DNA from: Pseudomonadota bacterium
Lineage (GTDB): Bacteria > Pseudomonadota > Gammaproteobacteria > Pseudomonadales > UBA5862
NCBI GenBank assembly: GCA_034189125.1
Contig: JAXHVB010000018.1
Span: 775-64,774, forward strand
DNA length: 64,000 bases
Direction of reading: 5' to 3'
Shown: positions 10,086 through 20,944 of the stretch, piece by piece
Position numbering within the stretch: the first letter of the stretch is position 1
How the letters are laid out: each line of letters starts with the position of its first letter
The notes under the pieces: generated by a model
Told to the model about the DNA's origin: nothing
What the model saw: the letters and a program-made list of their open reading frames with translations, nothing else
Databases searched by the model: none
Translations under genes and position numbers: made by a program

Positions 10086-11694
10086 GTCCCGGGAGCAGAC
10101 GCCCGGTTTCTATCTTCGCTGCCTTTGTGTTTGGTTGTTTGGGGTCGTCCTGAGCGGCGGCGTGAACGCTGCGGACTGGGAGCGTCAGGCCCGACTCAAC
10201 CTGCAGGCGATCTACACCGACAACATCGAACGGTCGGCGACCGGGGAAACCGGCGAATTGGTTGGCGTTGTTCGACCGGGTCTTAGCGCATCAGCCAACG
10301 GCGCTCGATTGCGCTTTGGGGCGGACTACGCGCTGACCCATTCCTTTCACGCCGACGACAGCGACCGGGACCGCACCTACCACCAGTTGGATGGCTTCGC
10401 AGAGCTCGAATTGGTGGAAGACCACCTGTTTTTTGATCTCGATGCGGCTGCGTCTCAGCAGCTCATCGACGCCCAGGCCGCTGCTGGAGTCGACCTGGTT
10501 GCAGGCAACACGGGCAACATCGCCACTGCCTGGCGACTGAGTGGTGGCCCCCGGTGGCGCCAACGCCTGGGCGGTTACGGCCTCGCCCAGGCCGCCTACA
10601 CCTACAGCGTTGTGGACTATTCGGACGGCCTCAATGGCAGTACCGGCGGGGTGTTCACTGCATCACTCGACAGCGGTGCGCGCACCTACCCGGTTTTCTG
10701 GAACCTGAGCTACCTCAATGAGTCGTTGGACTACGAACAAGGCGCCGACCGTGACCGCAGCCGCGAGCACGGTGAGGTGACGCTGGGCACGCGGGTCACG
10801 GCCTCGACCTATGTGTCTGGCACCTATGGATTCGACCGCCGCGACCTGCTGGATACCAATGGCCGCTCGGCGCCCGACAATGACTTCTGGCGCCTGACTG
10901 CTGGCTGGAACCCCAGTTCGAAAACCGACCTCTCGGTGTACCACCAAGAGCGGGATTTCAAGAGCGCTGCCATTGCAGCGGATGCCGAATCGAGTTTCTG
11001 GGGTGCCAACGCACGCTGGTCACCCAACCCGCGGTGGTCCTTGAACGCCGGATATGGCAATGACTTTTACGGCGACACCTACAACCTTGGCATCTTCCAT
11101 CGATTGCGGCGGGTGAGCTGGTCCCTTGAGCACACGGAGGAACTCACCAACGCCCGGGCTGTGCTGTTGGACGACGCCTTGATCGGTTTTCTGATCTGTC
11201 CGATCGGCGCTTTGGATTTGACCAGTTGCCGGTTTCCTGCTCCGGGCGAGGTTCCGGCACCTGGCAGCGGGGAAGAGTTGGTTGGCATTGTCGGCACTGT
11301 GCCGAGTTTGGTCGAGGACGACTTCGTGCAGCGCAGCACCAGGTTCAGCTGGGCCTACCGGCGCGCAAAATCGACCTGGACCCTGGGGCTGTTCCAAATC
11401 GATCGAGAGGCCTTTGCAGCGGATGACCTCGGGCGCGACCGTGGTGCCTCGCTCGGGTGGTGGTGGCGGGTCGGTCAGCGGTCTACACTCGAATTGGGCG
11501 CCAACCACGTCAAAAAGCAATTCCCGGTCTCGCCGACACTGGAGGAGCGCCGATACCGCATGGGTTGGCGCCGCACCTCGGGGCGCGGGGTCGACTGGTC
11601 CCTGTTGGGGGAGCGCATTGAGGGTGAGCGTGTGGGCGGTGCCGAATTCACCGAACACCGCGTCACCGCTTCAGTAACCGTACGAACTCGGTGA
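10078..11694 (+). CDS. PEP-CTERM system-associated outer-membrane beta-barrel protein
   Basis: Signal peptide, then alternating beta-strand-like aromatic-rich sequence; conserved position between autokinase and ATPase; overlaps the preceding gene. Confidence 0.82.
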   Translation, partial: GPESREQTPGFYLRCLCVWLFGVVLSGGVNAADWERQARLNLQAIYTDNIERSATGETGELVGVVRPGLSASANGARLRFGADYALTHSFHADDSDRDRTYHQLDGFAELELVEDHLFFDLDAAASQQLIDAQAAAGVDLVAGNTGNIATAWRLSGGPRWRQRLGGYGLAQAAYTYSVVDYSDGLNGSTGGVFTASLDSGARTYPVFWNLSYLNESLDYEQGADRDRSREHGEVTLGTRVTASTYVSGTYGFDRRDLLDTNGRSAPDNDFWRLTAGWNPSSKTDLSVYHQERDFKSAAIAADAESSFWGANARWSPNPRWSLNAGYGNDFYGDTYNLGIFHRLRRVSWSLEHTEELTNARAVLLDDALIGFLICPIGALDLTSCRFPAPGEVPAPGSGEELVGIVGTVPSLVEDDFVQRSTRFSWAYRRAKSTWTLGLFQIDREAFAADDLGRDRGASLGWWWRVGQRSTLELGANHVKKQFPVSPTLEERRYRMGWRRTSGRGVDWSLLGERIEGERVGGAEFTEHRVTASVTVRTR

Positions 11695-11700
11695 CGGATC

Positions 11701-12750
11701 ATGTACGAATCTTTTTATCAGTACAGTGCCAAGCCGTTCCAGGTGAGCCCGGACCCGCGGTTTTTTTTCGCCAGCAAAGGCCACAAGCGCGCGATGTCCT
11801 ACCTGCGCTACGGCCTGAGTCAGGGCGAGGGCTTTGTGGTCATCACCGGAGGGGTGGGGACGGGTAAGACCACCCTGATCCGCAGCCTGTTCAGCGATCT
11901 GGACGCGGCTGATCTGCTTGCCGCGCAGTTGGTGAGCTCCAATTTGCAGGCGGACGACCTGTTGCAAATGATCTCTGCGGCCTTTGATCTACCTCGCGAA
12001 GGGCGCTCCAAGGGTGAATTGCTCAACCAGTTTGAGGCCTTTCTGCGCCAGGCGGACCGCGAGGGGAAGCGGGTGCTGCTGGTGGTCGACGAAGCGCAGA
12101 ACCTGCCGGCCAGTACGGTGGAAGAGCTCCGGATGCTGTCGAACTTTCAGGTTGAGAACCGGCCGCTGCTGCAGAGTTTTCTGCTCGGACAGGAAGAGTT
12201 TCGCGGGCTGGTGCAGTCTCCCCAAATGGAGCAACTGCGCCAGCGCATCATTGCGTCTTGTCACTTGCAACCCCTGGATCAGGTTGAAACCCGCGGCTAC
12301 ATCGAGCACCGACTGCAGCGGGTGGGCTGGGCGGGCACCAACCCAGCGATCAGCGACGATGCATTCGATGCCATTCACGCCATCAGCCAGGGTGTACCGC
12401 GGCGGATCAACACCTTTTGTGATCGGCTGCTGCTGTATGGTTTTCTGGAAGAACTTGAATGCCTTGATGCCGATGCCGTGGATGTGGTGCGCCGCGAGGT
12501 TTTGGCAGAGCAGCCCAGCGCGCCCAGGGCGGCGGCGTCGATCGCCGCTGCCGATGACGCCTGGGACGAGGGCGAAGAAGACCAGCAGGTCCCGACGCTG
12601 ACGGTGCCCCGGCACCAACGTGCGCCCGTCACCGAACTTGAAAAACGGGTCGCTGACCTTGAGTACGTCATTGAAGCGCTCGAGAAAAATTTCGAACGCA
12701 AAGTGAGCCTGCTGAAGAGCGTGGTTCAGTCATTAAAGAGCGGGCTGTAG
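11701..12750 (+). CDS. XrtA-associated ATPase (ExeA/GspA-like AAA)
   Basis: Walker A GGVGTGKTTLIRSLFS, Walker B VLLVVDEAQNLP; N-terminal YESFYQYSAKPFQVSPDPRFFF; C-terminal coiled coil. Confidence 0.92.
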   Translation: MYESFYQYSAKPFQVSPDPRFFFASKGHKRAMSYLRYGLSQGEGFVVITGGVGTGKTTLIRSLFSDLDAADLLAAQLVSSNLQADDLLQMISAAFDLPREGRSKGELLNQFEAFLRQADREGKRVLLVVDEAQNLPASTVEELRMLSNFQVENRPLLQSFLLGQEEFRGLVQSPQMEQLRQRIIASCHLQPLDQVETRGYIEHRLQRVGWAGTNPAISDDAFDAIHAISQGVPRRINTFCDRLLLYGFLEELECLDADAVDVVRREVLAEQPSAPRAAASIAAADDAWDEGEEDQQVPTLTVPRHQRAPVTELEKRVADLEYVIEALEKNFERKVSLLKSVVQSLKSGL

Positions 12751-12757
12751 GTTGGCC

Positions 12758-13885
12758 ATGACTGCAGGCGGTGCGTTGATTTCTGTGGTAGGCGCTCGGC
12801 CCAATTTCATGAAGATTGCGCCCATTTGCGCCGCTTGGAGTGCTGCACAGACAGACCGTGCCCACCTGCTGGTGCACACGGGTCAACACTACGATGCCAG
12901 CATGAAAGTGCAGTTTTTCGAGCAGCTGGGCATCCCCGAGCCTGACATAGACTTGGGCGTTGGCTCCGGCACCCACGCCATGCAGACCAGTGCGATCATG
13001 CAGCGCTTCGAGCCGGTTCTGGACCAGCACCGGCCCGCTGCGGTGCTGGTGGTGGGGGACGTCAATTCCACCATTGCCTGCGCGCTCACGGCGGTGAAAA
13101 AGGACATTCCGGTCATACACGTTGAAGCGGGGCTGCGCAGCGGTGACCGCAGCATGCCCGAGGAAATCAACCGGGTACTGACCGACCAGGTTTCATCTCG
13201 GTTGTACACCACAGAGCGGGCTGCCCTGGACAATTTGACCCGCGAGGGGATTCGGCCGGACGCCGTCTGTTTCGTCGGCAATGTCATGATCGACACCCTG
13301 CTAACCCACAGCAAGCAGGCGCCCGGCATCGAGGCATTGACCTTGGGTACCGGCGTTCGGGCCGACTCTTCGAATGGCTATGGTCTGGTTACCCTGCACC
13401 GTCCGGCGAATGTGGACGATCCCCAGGTGCTGCGCCGTCTGATCGATGCTCTTTGCAAAGTTGCGCAGCGTCTACCCCTGCTGTTCCCTGTGCATCCGCG
13501 GACTGAGGCGCGCCTGCGTGCCCAGGGCCTTTGGGACCAGGCACAGGCGCACCTGGAGCTGCTGCCTCCACTCGGATACCTGCAAATGGTGGGGGCAATG
13601 CGCGACGCCCGGTTGGTCTTGACCGATTCGGGCGGCATCCAAGAGGAGACCACGGCCCTTGGGGTGCCCTGCCTGACCTTGCGCGACAACACCGAGCGCC
13701 CGATCACTGTGGATCAGGGCACCAACACCTTGGTGGGCCGCGACCCCGAACGCATTCTGGAGGCCGTTGCTCAGGCCCTGGCAGGGGCGGGCAAAGCCGG
13801 TCGTATTCCCGAACTTTGGGACGGCCGGGCCGCCCAGCGCATCCTGGACGATTTGCTTCCTTGGCTTGAGGTGCACGGGGCGTGA
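12758..13885 (+). CDS. wecB: UDP-N-acetylglucosamine 2-epimerase (non-hydrolyzing)
   Basis: VVGARPNFMKIAP, HTGQHYDASM, HVEAGLRSGDRSMPEEINR, LTDSGGIQEET, LRDNTERPIT. Confidence 0.93.
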   Translation: MTAGGALISVVGARPNFMKIAPICAAWSAAQTDRAHLLVHTGQHYDASMKVQFFEQLGIPEPDIDLGVGSGTHAMQTSAIMQRFEPVLDQHRPAAVLVVGDVNSTIACALTAVKKDIPVIHVEAGLRSGDRSMPEEINRVLTDQVSSRLYTTERAALDNLTREGIRPDAVCFVGNVMIDTLLTHSKQAPGIEALTLGTGVRADSSNGYGLVTLHRPANVDDPQVLRRLIDALCKVAQRLPLLFPVHPRTEARLRAQGLWDQAQAHLELLPPLGYLQMVGAMRDARLVLTDSGGIQEETTALGVPCLTLRDNTERPITVDQGTNTLVGRDPERILEAVAQALAGAGKAGRIPELWDGRAAQRILDDLLPWLEVHGA

Positions 13886-14781
13886 GCCAGCCGACGAACC
13901 AACTTGAACGCATTGCCCACGCCATGACGGTCGACGTCGAGGACTATTTTCAGGTCGCAGCGTTCGAGGGCATGTATCCAGTATCCAGTTGGGACACCAT
14001 CCCCACCCGGGTGGAAGTGAACACCCAGCGCATTTTGGACAACTTCGATCGAGCCGGGGTCCGAGCGACCTTCTTTTGCCTCGGCTGGGTCGCCGAGCGC
14101 TGCGCCGCGCTCATTCGTGAAATCGCCGAGCGCGGCCACGAAGTGGCGAACCATGGTTATGCGCACCAGCGGATCGGTACCCTGACGCAGGTTGAGTTCC
14201 GCGAAGACATCCGGCGGGCCAAGTCGCTGCTCGAGGACACCGCGGGTTGTGCGGTGAAAGGATACAGGGCGCCAAGTTATTCGATCACGCCTGAAACCCA
14301 CTGGGCCCATGAGGAGATCCGCGCTGCCGGACACCTTTACAGTTCCAGTGTCTATCCGGTGCGCCATGACCTCTACGGCATCCCCGATGCCCCGCGGGCG
14401 TCCTACGAGGCCTGCGCCGGTCTCACCGAGGTGCCCATCACCACCCTGCGGTGGGGGGGGAGAAACTGGCCAATTGGCGGTGGAGGGTATTTTCGCCTGC
14501 TGCCTTATCCACTGTACCGCAAGGCGCTGCAGCGATTCGAAGACACCGAGGGCCGCTCCGGGTTGTTCTATTTTCACCCCTGGGAAATCGATGTGGAGCA
14601 GCCCCGCACAGCCGGAGCGCCCTGGCGCAGCCGGTTTCGCCATTACCTGAACCTGGATCGCATGGAGTCCCGCTTACACGCCCTGCTCCGTGATTTTCGC
14701 TGGGACCGCATGGATGAACTGTTTGTACCTGCCGATCCCCCTGGTCCGCAGCATCCGGCGCTGCAGGGAGTGTCGGCCTAA
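13882..14781 (+). CDS. XrtA-associated polysaccharide deacetylase (NodB homology)
   Basis: TVDVEDYFQV, ATFFCLGWVAER, HEVANHGYAHQ, GYRAPSYSIT; overlaps upstream stop. Confidence 0.92.
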   Translation: MSQPTNQLERIAHAMTVDVEDYFQVAAFEGMYPVSSWDTIPTRVEVNTQRILDNFDRAGVRATFFCLGWVAERCAALIREIAERGHEVANHGYAHQRIGTLTQVEFREDIRRAKSLLEDTAGCAVKGYRAPSYSITPETHWAHEEIRAAGHLYSSSVYPVRHDLYGIPDAPRASYEACAGLTEVPITTLRWGGRNWPIGGGGYFRLLPYPLYRKALQRFEDTEGRSGLFYFHPWEIDVEQPRTAGAPWRSRFRHYLNLDRMESRLHALLRDFRWDRMDELFVPADPPGPQHPALQGVSA

Positions 14782-15867
14782 ATGGCAGTAGAGCCGGTCC
14801 AAGTGGGTGCGGAGAGCTCGCCTGTCGGTGAACCGATGCCGCTGCGCGTTGAGGCTTTACCGACTGACGGGAATGCGGCATGGAACCGGTTTGTGCAGGA
14901 GCAGGCCGGGGCCACCTTCTTTCACCGGGCTGAGTGGCGCCAGGTCTTGGAGCAGGCCTTTGGCCACCAGGGCCATTACCTGCAATGCCTTCGCGGCGAT
15001 GTGGTGGTGGGGGTGTTGCCCCTGGTCGAAGTCAAGAGCTTGCTGTTTGGGCACTCTCTTATTTCCACACCCTTCTGTGTCTACGGGGGCGCCCTGGGGG
15101 CCGATCCGCAGGTGCAGGACAGGCTGGTTGATGCGGCGGCCGACTTGGCAGAGCAGTTGGGGGTCGACTACCTGGAGCTGCGCAACCTGCAGCGGCAGCG
15201 ACCCGACTGGCCGTGCAAGGACTCGATGTATGTCACCTTTCGTCGGGCGATTGTCGATGACGATGACGCCAACCTGAAGGCGATCCCGCGCAAGCAGCGC
15301 GCGATGGTGCGCAAGGCCCAGCAGACGGGCTTGACGTTCGAGATAGATGCACAATTGGATCGTTTCTACACAGCATACAGCACCAGCGTGCGCAACCTCG
15401 GGACACCGGTGTTCTCGCGCAAGTACTTTTCCACCCTGCAGCAGGTTTTCGGTGAGGACTGTGAGGTTTTGACCGTTTCCCATGAGGGCCAGTTGGTGGC
15501 GAGTGTGCTCAGCTTTTACTTTCGTGACCAGGTCTTGCCCTACTATGGAGGTGGTACCGACCTTGCGCGGGCACTGAAGGGCAATGACTTCATGTACTGG
15601 TCCCTGATGTGTCACGCACAACGCCGGGGGGCGCGTTGGTTTGATTATGGCCGCAGCAAAGTCGATACCGGGCCTTACAGTTTCAAGAAGAACTGGGGTT
15701 TTTCGCCGGAGCCGCTGTACCACGAATACCACCTGGTCAAGGCCAAGGCAGTGCCCGAGGTCAACCCACTCAACCCCAAGTACCGGTTGATGGTTGAGAC
15801 CTGGAAGCGCTTGCCGTTGGGGGTCAGCCAGTGGCTTGGTCCCTGGATCTCGCGGTCCTTGGGTTAG
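14782..15867 (+). CDS. FemAB family XrtA/PEP-CTERM-associated protein
   Basis: ATFFHRAEWRQVLEQAFGHQGHYL, YLELRNLQRQ..., FDYGRSKVDTGPYSFKKNWGFSPEPLYHEY. Confidence 0.9.
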   Translation: MAVEPVQVGAESSPVGEPMPLRVEALPTDGNAAWNRFVQEQAGATFFHRAEWRQVLEQAFGHQGHYLQCLRGDVVVGVLPLVEVKSLLFGHSLISTPFCVYGGALGADPQVQDRLVDAAADLAEQLGVDYLELRNLQRQRPDWPCKDSMYVTFRRAIVDDDDANLKAIPRKQRAMVRKAQQTGLTFEIDAQLDRFYTAYSTSVRNLGTPVFSRKYFSTLQQVFGEDCEVLTVSHEGQLVASVLSFYFRDQVLPYYGGGTDLARALKGNDFMYWSLMCHAQRRGARWFDYGRSKVDTGPYSFKKNWGFSPEPLYHEYHLVKAKAVPEVNPLNPKYRLMVETWKRLPLGVSQWLGPWISRSLG

Positions 15868-15876
15868 GAAGCCTGC

Positions 15877-17088
15877 GTGGATGCTCCGCCCATTCTGTTT
15901 CTTGCCCACCGCATTCCCTACCCCCCCAACAAGGGGGACAAGGTGCGCTCCCACCATTTTTTGCGGCATCTCAGTGCGCGCCATCGGGTGTTCCTCGGAA
16001 CCTTTGTCGATGACCCTGAGGATTGGGCACACGAGCCGGAGCTAGCCCGCTGGTCGACTGAGCGCTGCGTGTTGCCACTCAATCCACTCAGTGCTCGGTT
16101 GCGTTCGGTGATGGGGTTGATCAGCGGTGCTCCACTGACCAACCCCTACTATGCGAGCCGTACCCTTCGCGGCTGGGTTGAGGATGTGATCGAGCGCGAG
16201 CGCATTCAGACGGCTTTCGTGTTCTCGTCGTCCATGGCGCAGTACGTGATGGGCGCGACGCGGCTGTCCCGCAGGGTGGTGGACTTTGTGGACCTGGACT
16301 CCGACAAGTGGCGCCAGTATGCCGAACGCCAGCGCCCCCCGATGCGGTGGGTGTATCAGCGCGAACATCGCCGACTCGCACAGTGGGAACGGCAGGTGGC
16401 GGCGGAGTGTCGCATCTCGACCTTTGTTTCCGCTGCGGAAGCTGCGTTGTTTTGCGCCGGAGCGCCAGATCCGGGAGCGGTGCATCCCTTAGGCAATGGT
16501 GTGGATTTGGAGTATTTCGACCCCTCGACCGAGTTTCGCTCCCCCTATGCGACCACAGCACCGGTGCTGGTGTTCACCGGTGCCATGGACTACTGGCCGA
16601 ACGTCGATGCCGTGGTGTGGTTTTGCGAACAGGTGATGCCGCTGCTGCGTGCTAGACAACCAGGGCTCGAATTTTGGATTGTTGGGGCCAATCCCACCGC
16701 CGCGGTCGAGGAACTGGCCGACCGGCCGGGGGTGCGGGTCACAGGCCGGGTGGAAGACGTGCGTCCATACCTGCGCCATGCGGACCTCGCTGTCGCTCCA
16801 CTGCGCATCGCCCGGGGCATCCAAAACAAGGTGCTGGAGGCCATGGCCATGGGCACCCCGCTGGTAGCAAGTCGTGCCGCGTTCGAGGGCATGCAGTTGC
16901 AGCCGTGGATGGCACCCATGTGCGCCGCCACCGAACCCCAGGAATATGCCGAGCGTGTAGTGGCCCTGTTGGGATCGGACGCGCGCGGCGCCCTGGTCAC
17001 TGAGGGGCGGCGATGGGTGGGTGAACACCACAGCTGGCAGCGCAACTGTTCTGCCTTGGAAGCTTTGCTGATGGATGTCGAGGCATGA
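15877..17088 (+). CDS. TIGR03087-like PEP-CTERM/XrtA glycosyltransferase
   Basis: N-terminal PPILFLAHRIPYPPNKGDKVRSHHFLRHLS; GT4-like PLVASRAAFEGM; located directly upstream of the exosortase. Confidence 0.9.
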   Translation: MDAPPILFLAHRIPYPPNKGDKVRSHHFLRHLSARHRVFLGTFVDDPEDWAHEPELARWSTERCVLPLNPLSARLRSVMGLISGAPLTNPYYASRTLRGWVEDVIERERIQTAFVFSSSMAQYVMGATRLSRRVVDFVDLDSDKWRQYAERQRPPMRWVYQREHRRLAQWERQVAAECRISTFVSAAEAALFCAGAPDPGAVHPLGNGVDLEYFDPSTEFRSPYATTAPVLVFTGAMDYWPNVDAVVWFCEQVMPLLRARQPGLEFWIVGANPTAAVEELADRPGVRVTGRVEDVRPYLRHADLAVAPLRIARGIQNKVLEAMAMGTPLVASRAAFEGMQLQPWMAPMCAATEPQEYAERVVALLGSDARGALVTEGRRWVGEHHSWQRNCSALEALLMDVEA

Positions 17089-18617
17089 GGCAGGTTCCTA
17101 CGCAGAATGTGCCGTTGGCTTGGCCACGTGCCATTGGTGTGCTCATCGGGTTGGTTGGCCTGGTGGTTCTTGGCATGGCCGGTAGCTTCGTGGCGATGGT
17201 GGAGATCTGGTGGCGTTCTGAGACCTTCGCCCACGGGTTCCTGATTGCGCCCATTGCGCTGTATCTGGTGTACCGCAAACGCGATGCGCTGCAACGCCTT
17301 GCGCCGAGACCCACTTTTTGGGCAGTGCCCTTGCTGTTCGGTTGTGGGGCGGTGTGGTCGCTCGCGCGCCTGGTGGACGTGGCGGTGATCGAGCAGGCCG
17401 CGGCCGTGGCCATGTTGCCTCTGGTGGTCTGGGCCGTTCTGGGAACGGCAGTGGTGCGTGTCCTCCTGTTCCCTCTGGCGTACCTGTTTTTCATGGTGCC
17501 GGTGGGCGAAGGTTTGATTCCGCCGCTCATGGACTTCACTGCCCGCTTTACCGTCGGTGCAATCCGCTTGGTGGGCATCCCGGTTTTCGTCGAAGGCACC
17601 TTTTTCAGCATTCCCAGCGGCAACTGGTCGGTGGTCGAGGGGTGCAGTGGGGTGCGCTATTTGATCGCTTCGGTGGCTCTGGGTGCGCTCTACACCTACC
17701 TGAGCTTCAAATCGTGGGTCCGGCGTTTGTGTTTTATGGGCTTGTTCATTGTGGTGCCCATCATCGCCAATGGCATGCGCGCTTTCATGATCGTCATGAT
17801 CGCCCACTTCAGTGACATGAAGCTGGCCCTGGGCGTCGATCATTTCATTTATGGCTGGGTGTTTTTCGGTCTGGTGATGTTTCTGCTGTTTACGCTTGGG
17901 CTTTTTTTTCAAGAGGCCGATGCCGAGACCAGCAGTGGCGCCGAGGCGAAGTCTGGAGCGGCCACACCAAACCGCAGACCTTCCGGCAGGCTCGCACTGA
18001 TCACACCTTGGGCCGCCGGGGCTGTGGTGGCACTTTGGCCTGGCTTGATGTGGATTCAGTCCGGCCCGGACAACGAGGTGGGGGATTGGCAGCTGGCATT
18101 GCCGGAGCAGTTCTCGGGCTACCGCCGCGCGAGATCCAGCTTTACCACCTGGGTGCCGGCGTACCAGAACCCTGACCAGGAGCGCCACTTCTGGTTCCGA
18201 CGGGGCGACGACTGGATTGGGGTCTACCTGGCACGGTACGCCAGCCAGCGTCAGAACGCCGAGTTGATCAATTCTCAGAACCAGTGGGTCCCGCAAAAAC
18301 ACCCGGAGTGGCAGCAGGTGGCGCGAAGCGCCCACATGCCTGCTTCCGTGGTCGCCCTAAAATCGGTGTCACAGGGTGTGTTGCGCTCCCCCAGTCAGCG
18401 CTTGTTGGTGTGGTCCTGGGACAGTTTTGGGGCTTGGCACGGCGCCAGCCCCTACGTGGGAAAGCTGATGAACGCATACCAGCAATTGCGCCACGGCAAT
18501 GACGAGGGCATCGGCATTCTGGTGTACACCCCAATCGAAGGGGATGAGGGCGCTGCCCGCGAGCGTTTGGCGGGCGCAGCCAATGTGCTGGTCCAGGCCT
18601 TGGAACCGCTCGATTGA
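17085..18617 (+). CDS. xrtA: Exosortase A with C-terminal EpsI domain
   Basis: Transmembrane exosortase core with [14 protein letters not shown] (Cys187), NGMRAFMIV (Arg232) and [12 protein letters not shown] (His253); C-terminal EpsI-like region from about 18060 ([14 protein letters not shown]...DSFGAWH...). Confidence 0.95.
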   Translation: MRQVPTQNVPLAWPRAIGVLIGLVGLVVLGMAGSFVAMVEIWWRSETFAHGFLIAPIALYLVYRKRDALQRLAPRPTFWAVPLLFGCGAVWSLARLVDVAVIEQAAAVAMLPLVVWAVLGTAVVRVLLFPLAYLFFMVPVGEGLIPPLMDFTARFTVGAIRLVGIPVFVEGTFFSIPSGNWSVVEGCSGVRYLIASVALGALYTYLSFKSWVRRLCFMGLFIVVPIIANGMRAFMIVMIAHFSDMKLALGVDHFIYGWVFFGLVMFLLFTLGLFFQEADAETSSGAEAKSGAATPNRRPSGRLALITPWAAGAVVALWPGLMWIQSGPDNEVGDWQLALPEQFSGYRRARSSFTTWVPAYQNPDQERHFWFRRGDDWIGVYLARYASQRQNAELINSQNQWVPQKHPEWQQVARSAHMPASVVALKSVSQGVLRSPSQRLLVWSWDSFGAWHGASPYVGKLMNAYQQLRHGNDEGIGILVYTPIEGDEGAARERLAGAANVLVQALEPLD

Positions 18618-18651
18618 ACCTGGCAAACCAAGCATTCATAAGGAGCCTGGT

Positions 18652-19536
18652 ATGACGCGCAAAGGAATCATTCTGGCGGGTGGGTCGGGCACTCGCCTGC
18701 ACCCGCTGACGGTAACGGTCAGCAAACAACTGATGCCGGTGTACGACAAGCCGATGATCTACTACCCGTTGGCGGCGCTGATGCTGGCGGGGATCCGTGA
18801 CGTGCTGATCATCACCACCCCCAAGGACCAGGCGGCGTTTCAGCAGCTGCTGGGCGACGGCAGCCACTGGGGCATTGCACTGTCCTACGCGGTGCAACCG
18901 AACCCCGACGGCCTGGCCCAAGCTTTTTTGATTGGCGAAGCTTTTTTGGCGGGAGATCCCGCCTGCTTGATCCTTGGAGACAACATCTTCTATGGCGAGG
19001 GCCTGTCCAAAAAACTGCAGCGCGCGGCTGAGAGAGGTCCGGGCGCGACCGTGTTTGGGTACTATGTGCAGGATCCGGAGCGCTACGGCGTGGTCAGCTT
19101 CGATGGGGCGGGTCGTGCGGTGTCCCTGGAGGAGAAACCCGCAGTGGCGAAATCGAACTACGCGGTCACGGGGTTGTACTTTTATGACGCGGATGTGGTC
19201 GAGATCGCCAAGGGCATTCGGCCTTCGCCGCGGGGTGAACTGGAAATCACCGATGTGAACCTGGAGTACCTGGCGCGCGATCAGCTCACCGTCGAGGTGC
19301 TGAGCCGCGGTACCGCCTGGCTTGATACCGGGACGCACAACTCGCTGCTTGACGCGGCGAACTTCATTCGGGTGGTTGAGGAGCGGCAAGGGCTGAAAAT
19401 CGCCTGTCCAGAAGAGGTGGCGTACCGGATGGGATACATCAATGGCGATGCCCTCTTGGCCTTGGCTGAGCCCCTGCGTAAGAGCGGCTACGGGGAATAC
19501 CTGGTCAAGCTGCTCAACCAGGAGGTCCGCCAATGA
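18652..19536 (+). CDS. rfbA: Glucose-1-phosphate thymidylyltransferase
   Basis: [36 protein letters not shown]; [13 protein letters not shown]. Confidence 0.97.
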   Translation: MTRKGIILAGGSGTRLHPLTVTVSKQLMPVYDKPMIYYPLAALMLAGIRDVLIITTPKDQAAFQQLLGDGSHWGIALSYAVQPNPDGLAQAFLIGEAFLAGDPACLILGDNIFYGEGLSKKLQRAAERGPGATVFGYYVQDPERYGVVSFDGAGRAVSLEEKPAVAKSNYAVTGLYFYDADVVEIAKGIRPSPRGELEITDVNLEYLARDQLTVEVLSRGTAWLDTGTHNSLLDAANFIRVVEERQGLKIACPEEVAYRMGYINGDALLALAEPLRKSGYGEYLVKLLNQEVRQ

Positions 19537-20081
19537 AGGTCGCCCCAACGCGCCTGCCAGAAGTGCTGTTGATTGAACCCCAGGTGTTTGGGGACGACCG
19601 CGGTTTTTTCATGGAGACCTGGCAGCGGCGCAAGTTCGCCGATGCCGGAATCGACCTGGACTTTGTGCAGGACAACCACAGCCGCTCGGTCCAGGGGGTG
19701 CTGCGTGGCCTGCATTACCAACTGCTGCAACCCCAGGGCAAGCTCGTGCGGGTGACCCTGGGCGAGGTGTTCGATGTGGCGGTCGACCTGCGGCGCAGTT
19801 CGCCGCGGTTTGGTGAATGGGTGGGTGTGACCCTGTCCGCGGCAACCAAGCAAATGCTCTGGGTGCCGCCGGGGTTTGCGCATGGTTTCTATGTGCTGAG
19901 TGATGTGGCCGAGTTTCAATACAAGTGCAGCGACTACTACGCCCCTGAACACGAGCGCAGCCTGCGCTGGAACGACCCCGATCTCGCCATTGATTGGCCC
20001 CTGGTGGCCGGTGCAGCCCCGGCGTTGTCTTCCAAGGATGCCGAGGGGCATTGGTTGGTGAACGCTGAGGTCTATCCATGA
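19533..20081 (+). CDS. rfbC: dTDP-4-dehydrorhamnose 3,5-epimerase
   Basis: [60 protein letters not shown]. Confidence 0.96.
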   Translation: MKVAPTRLPEVLLIEPQVFGDDRGFFMETWQRRKFADAGIDLDFVQDNHSRSVQGVLRGLHYQLLQPQGKLVRVTLGEVFDVAVDLRRSSPRFGEWVGVTLSAATKQMLWVPPGFAHGFYVLSDVAEFQYKCSDYYAPEHERSLRWNDPDLAIDWPLVAGAAPALSSKDAEGHWLVNAEVYP

Positions 20082-20944
20082 AGGCGGTGGTCCTGGGGGC
20101 GCAGGGGCAGCTCGGTCGTGCGCTTTGCGAACAGTGTCCGACGGGCATCGACCTGGTTGGATTGGGTCGAGCCGAGGCGGACCTCGCCCAGCCAGGTGCG
20201 GCCGCTGCAGCGATCGATGCCCATGCCCCTGAGTTGGTCATCAACGCCGCTGCCTACACCGCAGTGGATCAGGCGGAATCGGAGCCCGATTTGGCGCACC
20301 GGGTCAATGCTGAAGCAGTCGATGAAATTGCGCTGCAGTGCCTGCGCCAGGGTGTACGCCTTGTGCACGTGTCTACCGACTTTGTCTTCGATGGCCGGGC
20401 CGGCACCCCCTATCGGCCGGGGGATCAAACCCAGCCCTTGAGTGTGTATGGCGCCAGCAAGCGTGCTGGCGAAGACGCGATTCAGGCGCATTCAGGGCTT
20501 TCCAGTGCCATTGTGCGCACCGCCTGGGTGTACGCGGCCGGCGGCAGCAACTTCGTGCGCACCATGCTGCGGTTGATGGCGGAGCGCGATGCGCTGAAGG
20601 TCGTTGCCGATCAGGTGGGAAGTCCGACCTGGGCACGGGGGCTCGCGCAGGTGCTGTGGCGAGCCGGCCAAAAGCCGGGATTCAAGGGCATACACCACTA
20701 CACCGATGCCGGTGTGGCGAGTTGGTACGACTTCGCCCTGGCGATCCAAGAGCAGGGGCTCGCCTTGGGTCTGCTGGACCGTTCGATCGAGGTTTCTCCC
20801 ATCGCCACAGAAGACTACCCAACACCGGCCGTGCGTCCCCCGTTCAGCGTGTTGGACAAACGCAGCCTGTATACAGGGCTCGATGTGAATCCGGTGCACT
20901 GGCGGGTGCAACTGCGCGCAATGATGCAGGAGCTGAATGCATGA
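20078..20944 (+). CDS. rfbD: dTDP-4-dehydrorhamnose reductase
   Basis: GAQGQLGRAL, VINAAAYTAVDQAE, STDFVFDGRAGTPYRPGDQTQPLSVYGASKRAGE. Confidence 0.95.
   Translation: MKAVVLGAQGQLGRALCEQCPTGIDLVGLGRAEADLAQPGAAAAAIDAHAPELVINAAAYTAVDQAESEPDLAHRVNAEAVDEIALQCLRQGVRLVHVSTDFVFDGRAGTPYRPGDQTQPLSVYGASKRAGEDAIQAHSGLSSAIVRTAWVYAAGGSNFVRTMLRLMAERDALKVVADQVGSPTWARGLAQVLWRAGQKPGFKGIHHYTDAGVASWYDFALAIQEQGLALGLLDRSIEVSPIATEDYPTPAVRPPFSVLDKRSLYTGLDVNPVHWRVQLRAMMQELNA

Noticed and set aside
16590-18335. 581-aa - strand ORF antisense to the exosortase gene
   Set aside because: Low-complexity His/Arg/Pro/Gln-rich translation typical of shadow ORFs in high-GC DNA; the + strand ORF has exosortase catalytic motifs.
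20338-20940. Extended N-terminus of the rfbB ORF
   Set aside because: Overlaps rfbD; the Rossmann start MTQPRSMLITGGAGFIG begins at 20941, so the upstream part is frame read-through.
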